Of a stretch of 50,601 nt of DNA, positions 48,185 to 50,601 are shown one piece after another. The notes under the pieces are model-generated. The model saw only the letters and a list, made by a program, of their open reading frames with translations, was not told the DNA's origin and did not search any database. Each line of letters starts with the position of its first letter. The stretch's first letter is position 1. This DNA comes from Chloroflexota bacterium (GTDB lineage Bacteria > Chloroflexota > Limnocylindria > Limnocylindrales > CSP1-4): the NCBI GenBank assembly GCA_029240655.1, contig JARDZW010000002.1, forward strand, positions 1 to 50,601. The letters run 5' to 3'. The translations under genes and the position numbers were made by a program.

Positions 48185-49492
48185 ATGCGAATCACCGTTG
48201 TCGGGGCGGGCTATGTCGGCTTGGTCACGGGGGTCTGCCTCGCCCGACGGGGCGAGCACCACGTGACCCTTGTCGAAACGGCCCCGAACCGCCTCAGAGA
48301 GCTCCAGGCCGGCGGCATGCCGATCGAAGAGCCAGGATTGGCCGAAGCGTTCGCCGAGTCACGGGAACGGATCACGGTAGTCGGGTCGCTCGACCAGGTC
48401 GAAGACCCGGACCTCGTGTTCCTCGCCGTCGGCACGCCGATCTCGGACACTGGCGAGCCGGACTTGAGTCAGCTCCAGTCCGCGACAGCCGACCTGCGTC
48501 GGTGGCCGGACGTCGATGTCTCGGTGCGCAGCACACTGCCGCCCGGGCTGTCGGTCCGCCTGCCGAAGCTGCTCGGTCGCGCGGACGGCGCCCGGGTCTC
48601 GACGAACCCCGAGTTCCTGCGCCAAGGCTCGGCCGTCCACGACTACGAGCACCCATCGCGGATCATCTTCGGGCGGTTCGCCGAGACGACCGATGCCCAC
48701 CTGGCTGTCGTCGAGCGAGTGTATGCAGCCATCGAGGCCCCTCGGCTGCATGTCGATGTGGCGGCCGCGGAGCTCATCAAGAATGTTGCGAATGGCTTCC
48801 TCGCCCTGAAGCTCAGTTTCGTCAACGAGGTGGCGGCTCTATCCGAGGAGTACGGCGTCGAGGTGACCGAGGTCCTCGATGGGATCGGTCTGGACCCGCG
48901 CATCGGCTCTGTCTACATGCGTCCCGGCCTCGGATTCGGGGGGTCGTGTCTCCCCAAGGAGCTCCAAGTGCTCGCGGCGGCGGGGCGCCGGCGCGGCCTC
49001 TCCATGCACGTTGCCCGGGCGATCAGCCAGGTGAACGTCGAACAGCAGGATCGGTTCGTCCGCCAGATCCTCGCAGAGATCCCACGTGACGAATCCCGTG
49101 TCGGCCTCCTCGGCCTGAGCTTCAAAGCGGACACGGACGACCTGCGCGGCTCGCCCGCCTTGCACGTCGCCCGGCGACTCCTCGAGGAAGGCGTCGTCGT
49201 GACCGCGCATGACCCAGCCGTTCGACCCGATCGCGCGGTCGCCGCCGCGCCGGGTCTGCAGATCGCGAGCCGCGCGGAGGATGTCTTCGAGGGCGCCGAT
49301 GCGGTCGCCATCGCCACCGAGTGGCCGCAATTCGCCACCTTGCCGCTCCCGCGACTGCGCGACCGCACGCGGCAGCCGATCCTGTTCGATGGCCGCGGCA
49401 TCATCGCCGCCGCCGATGCCGTGGCTGCCGGCTTTCATTACCGCGGCGTCGGCCGCCAGCCCCGGTCGCCCATCGTGGTCGAAGCGCGCTGA
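48185..49492 (+). CDS. UDP-sugar 6-dehydrogenase (UDP-glucose/GDP-mannose dehydrogenase family; possible WbpA-type UDP-GlcNAc dehydrogenase)
   Basis: MRITVVGAGYVGLVTGVCLA (Rossmann), and GFGGSCLPKE containing the catalytic Cys. ATG at 48185. Confidence 0.9.
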   Translation: MRITVVGAGYVGLVTGVCLARRGEHHVTLVETAPNRLRELQAGGMPIEEPGLAEAFAESRERITVVGSLDQVEDPDLVFLAVGTPISDTGEPDLSQLQSATADLRRWPDVDVSVRSTLPPGLSVRLPKLLGRADGARVSTNPEFLRQGSAVHDYEHPSRIIFGRFAETTDAHLAVVERVYAAIEAPRLHVDVAAAELIKNVANGFLALKLSFVNEVAALSEEYGVEVTEVLDGIGLDPRIGSVYMRPGLGFGGSCLPKELQVLAAAGRRRGLSMHVARAISQVNVEQQDRFVRQILAEIPRDESRVGLLGLSFKADTDDLRGSPALHVARRLLEEGVVVTAHDPAVRPDRAVAAAPGLQIASRAEDVFEGADAVAIATEWPQFATLPLPRLRDRTRQPILFDGRGIIAAADAVAAGFHYRGVGRQPRSPIVVEAR

Positions 49493-50568
49493 GCGTCAAC
49501 GGACGGACCGCACGCCGGGTCGCCATCACCCTGATCCCGCTGGTCGCCCTGGCGCTCGCGGTCGACGCCGTCGGCGCGCGGAACAACGTTGGCACGTATG
49601 AGCGGCTGCTGCCAAGCGTATCGACGGCCGCGGACAATCCGTCATTCGGCCCGCCCGTCCCGCCCGACGCCACGACCAAGGGGTTGTTGCTGTCGGCGGC
49701 CGTCGCCGCGAGCGACGACGCTACCCGACGCACCGCCCGCGCGTGGCTGGACTCCGCCCGCTCGGCCTACGGCTGGGGCACGCCGACGACCTCGGATCCG
49801 TTGGCCGATGGGTCGCCGAAGCCAGCCAGCACGACCTTTGCGAGAGCGACCGCGTTTGCTGTAAATGGACTGCTCGACGACGGGATGGATCTGGAGACCG
49901 CTCGCGAGATCGGCGCCATCCTCGTGTGGTGGGCTCGCGATGCGTGGTCGGGCGGCTTCTATTGGTTTTCGGCAATGCCGAAGGTCGCGGGCGATGTTCC
50001 CAGCGGGAGCGCGATGCTAGCCGGCGTGACCGCGCGGTTCCTCACGCTGCACGCGGGCGACGCGCTATCGCCCGCTGACGCGACGTTCCTGCGCGAGCGC
50101 GTCGGGGCGACATTCGACCACGTGGCCGAATCGCAGCTGCCGGGATTGCGCTGGTCGTACTCGTCGCGCGAGCCGAGCGTGAACCACACGCATCTTCACG
50201 TATCGATCCTGTGGGGCGGCGAGTTGGCTCGGGATGCCGGCTTCGACCCGGGATGGTCGCGCAGTGACGCGATCTCGTCACTTGCTGCCTACGGACCGAT
50301 CTATCCCGCGGACATCGTCGACGAGTCGGCCAGGCCCATACGCGACCACTCTCCGTTGGGGACGGCCGGCACCGGGTTTGCGACGGCATGGACGTCACAC
50401 TGGGGTGGCGACCTGCGCTCCTGGTCGAGCGCGATGTGCCGAAGCTTGAGGATCGCGCCGCGTATCGCTCGTTTCGATGTCCATGCCCTTCTGGGCCAAG
50501 CCCTACTGGGTTGGTGCGATTGCCCTGATCGGCCGCGCGAACTCCCGCGACTTGCGACGAGCTGCTGA
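49489..50568 (+). CDS. Hypothetical membrane-anchored or secreted protein at the end of the polysaccharide cluster; start codon unresolved
   Basis: The open frame runs 49321-50568. RRVAITLIPLVALALAVDAVGA looks like a signal anchor just after the dehydrogenase stop. The only in-frame ATG/GTG/TTG before it is the GTG at 49321, which implies a 172-nt overlap. A CTG at 49489 overlaps the TGA (CTGA). The next TTG is at about 49684. I recognise no family. Confidence 0.45.
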   Translation: MSVNGRTARRVAITLIPLVALALAVDAVGARNNVGTYERLLPSVSTAADNPSFGPPVPPDATTKGLLLSAAVAASDDATRRTARAWLDSARSAYGWGTPTTSDPLADGSPKPASTTFARATAFAVNGLLDDGMDLETAREIGAILVWWARDAWSGGFYWFSAMPKVAGDVPSGSAMLAGVTARFLTLHAGDALSPADATFLRERVGATFDHVAESQLPGLRWSYSSREPSVNHTHLHVSILWGGELARDAGFDPGWSRSDAISSLAAYGPIYPADIVDESARPIRDHSPLGTAGTGFATAWTSHWGGDLRSWSSAMCRSLRIAPRIARFDVHALLGQALLGWCDCPDRPRELPRLATSC

Positions 50569-50601
50569 GATGACCATCCCCGAACACCACCTGGAACGTG
50601 A

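Noticed and set aside
50570-50601. An ATG 2 nt after the last stop (MTIPEHHLER...) that may begin another gene.
   Set aside because: Only 10 codons are visible before the window ends, which is too little to support a feature call.

Overview
This is a very GC-rich (by eye roughly two-thirds or more G+C), gene-dense bacterial chromosomal fragment. The style fits Actinobacteria or Chloroflexi: many GTG/TTG starts, 4-nt ATGA/GTGA start-stop overlaps, and long spurious antisense ORFs. I support about 40 protein-coding genes. I found no rRNA, tRNA, CRISPR array, transposase, integrase or phage genes. About 1-31.5 kb holds mixed housekeeping and metabolic genes: an epoxide hydrolase/MarR divergent pair, a disrupted purine nucleoside phosphorylase, moaA, acs, an MscS channel, an IclR-linked aminotransferase/FAD-oxidase pair, a PhoX/DUF839-like exported protein, a DUF885 protein, a DinB-fold protein, PolX, and two GAF-GGDEF diguanylate cyclases. 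About 31.6-50.6 kb is a roughly 19-kb surface-polysaccharide cluster. It carries WbpM/CapD-like, WbpL/WecA-like and WbpK-like genes, GT4 enzymes, the WlbA/B/C-type diacetamido-uronic-acid triad, a UDP-sugar 6-dehydrogenase, two Wzx-type flippases and two Wzy/ligase-type membrane modules. The items most worth a second look are listed here. (a) An operon pairing an acidic coiled-coil protein with an orphan receiver-like ParA/MinD ATPase. (b) A ~930-aa orphan protein with degenerate methyltransferase-like motifs, a Zn ribbon and a C-terminal nuclease-like core. (c) An XRE-HTH fused to a YraN-like PD-(D/E)xK domain. (d) A tight cluster of four DnaA-box-like 9-mers in a 400-nt non-coding gap. (e) A 1201-aa polymerase-like membrane domain fused to two GT4 domains. 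(f) Shared sequence words and an exact 16-nt direct repeat in the leaders of a GGDEF gene and the first polysaccharide gene. All functional calls rest on motif recognition by eye, and no database search was possible.
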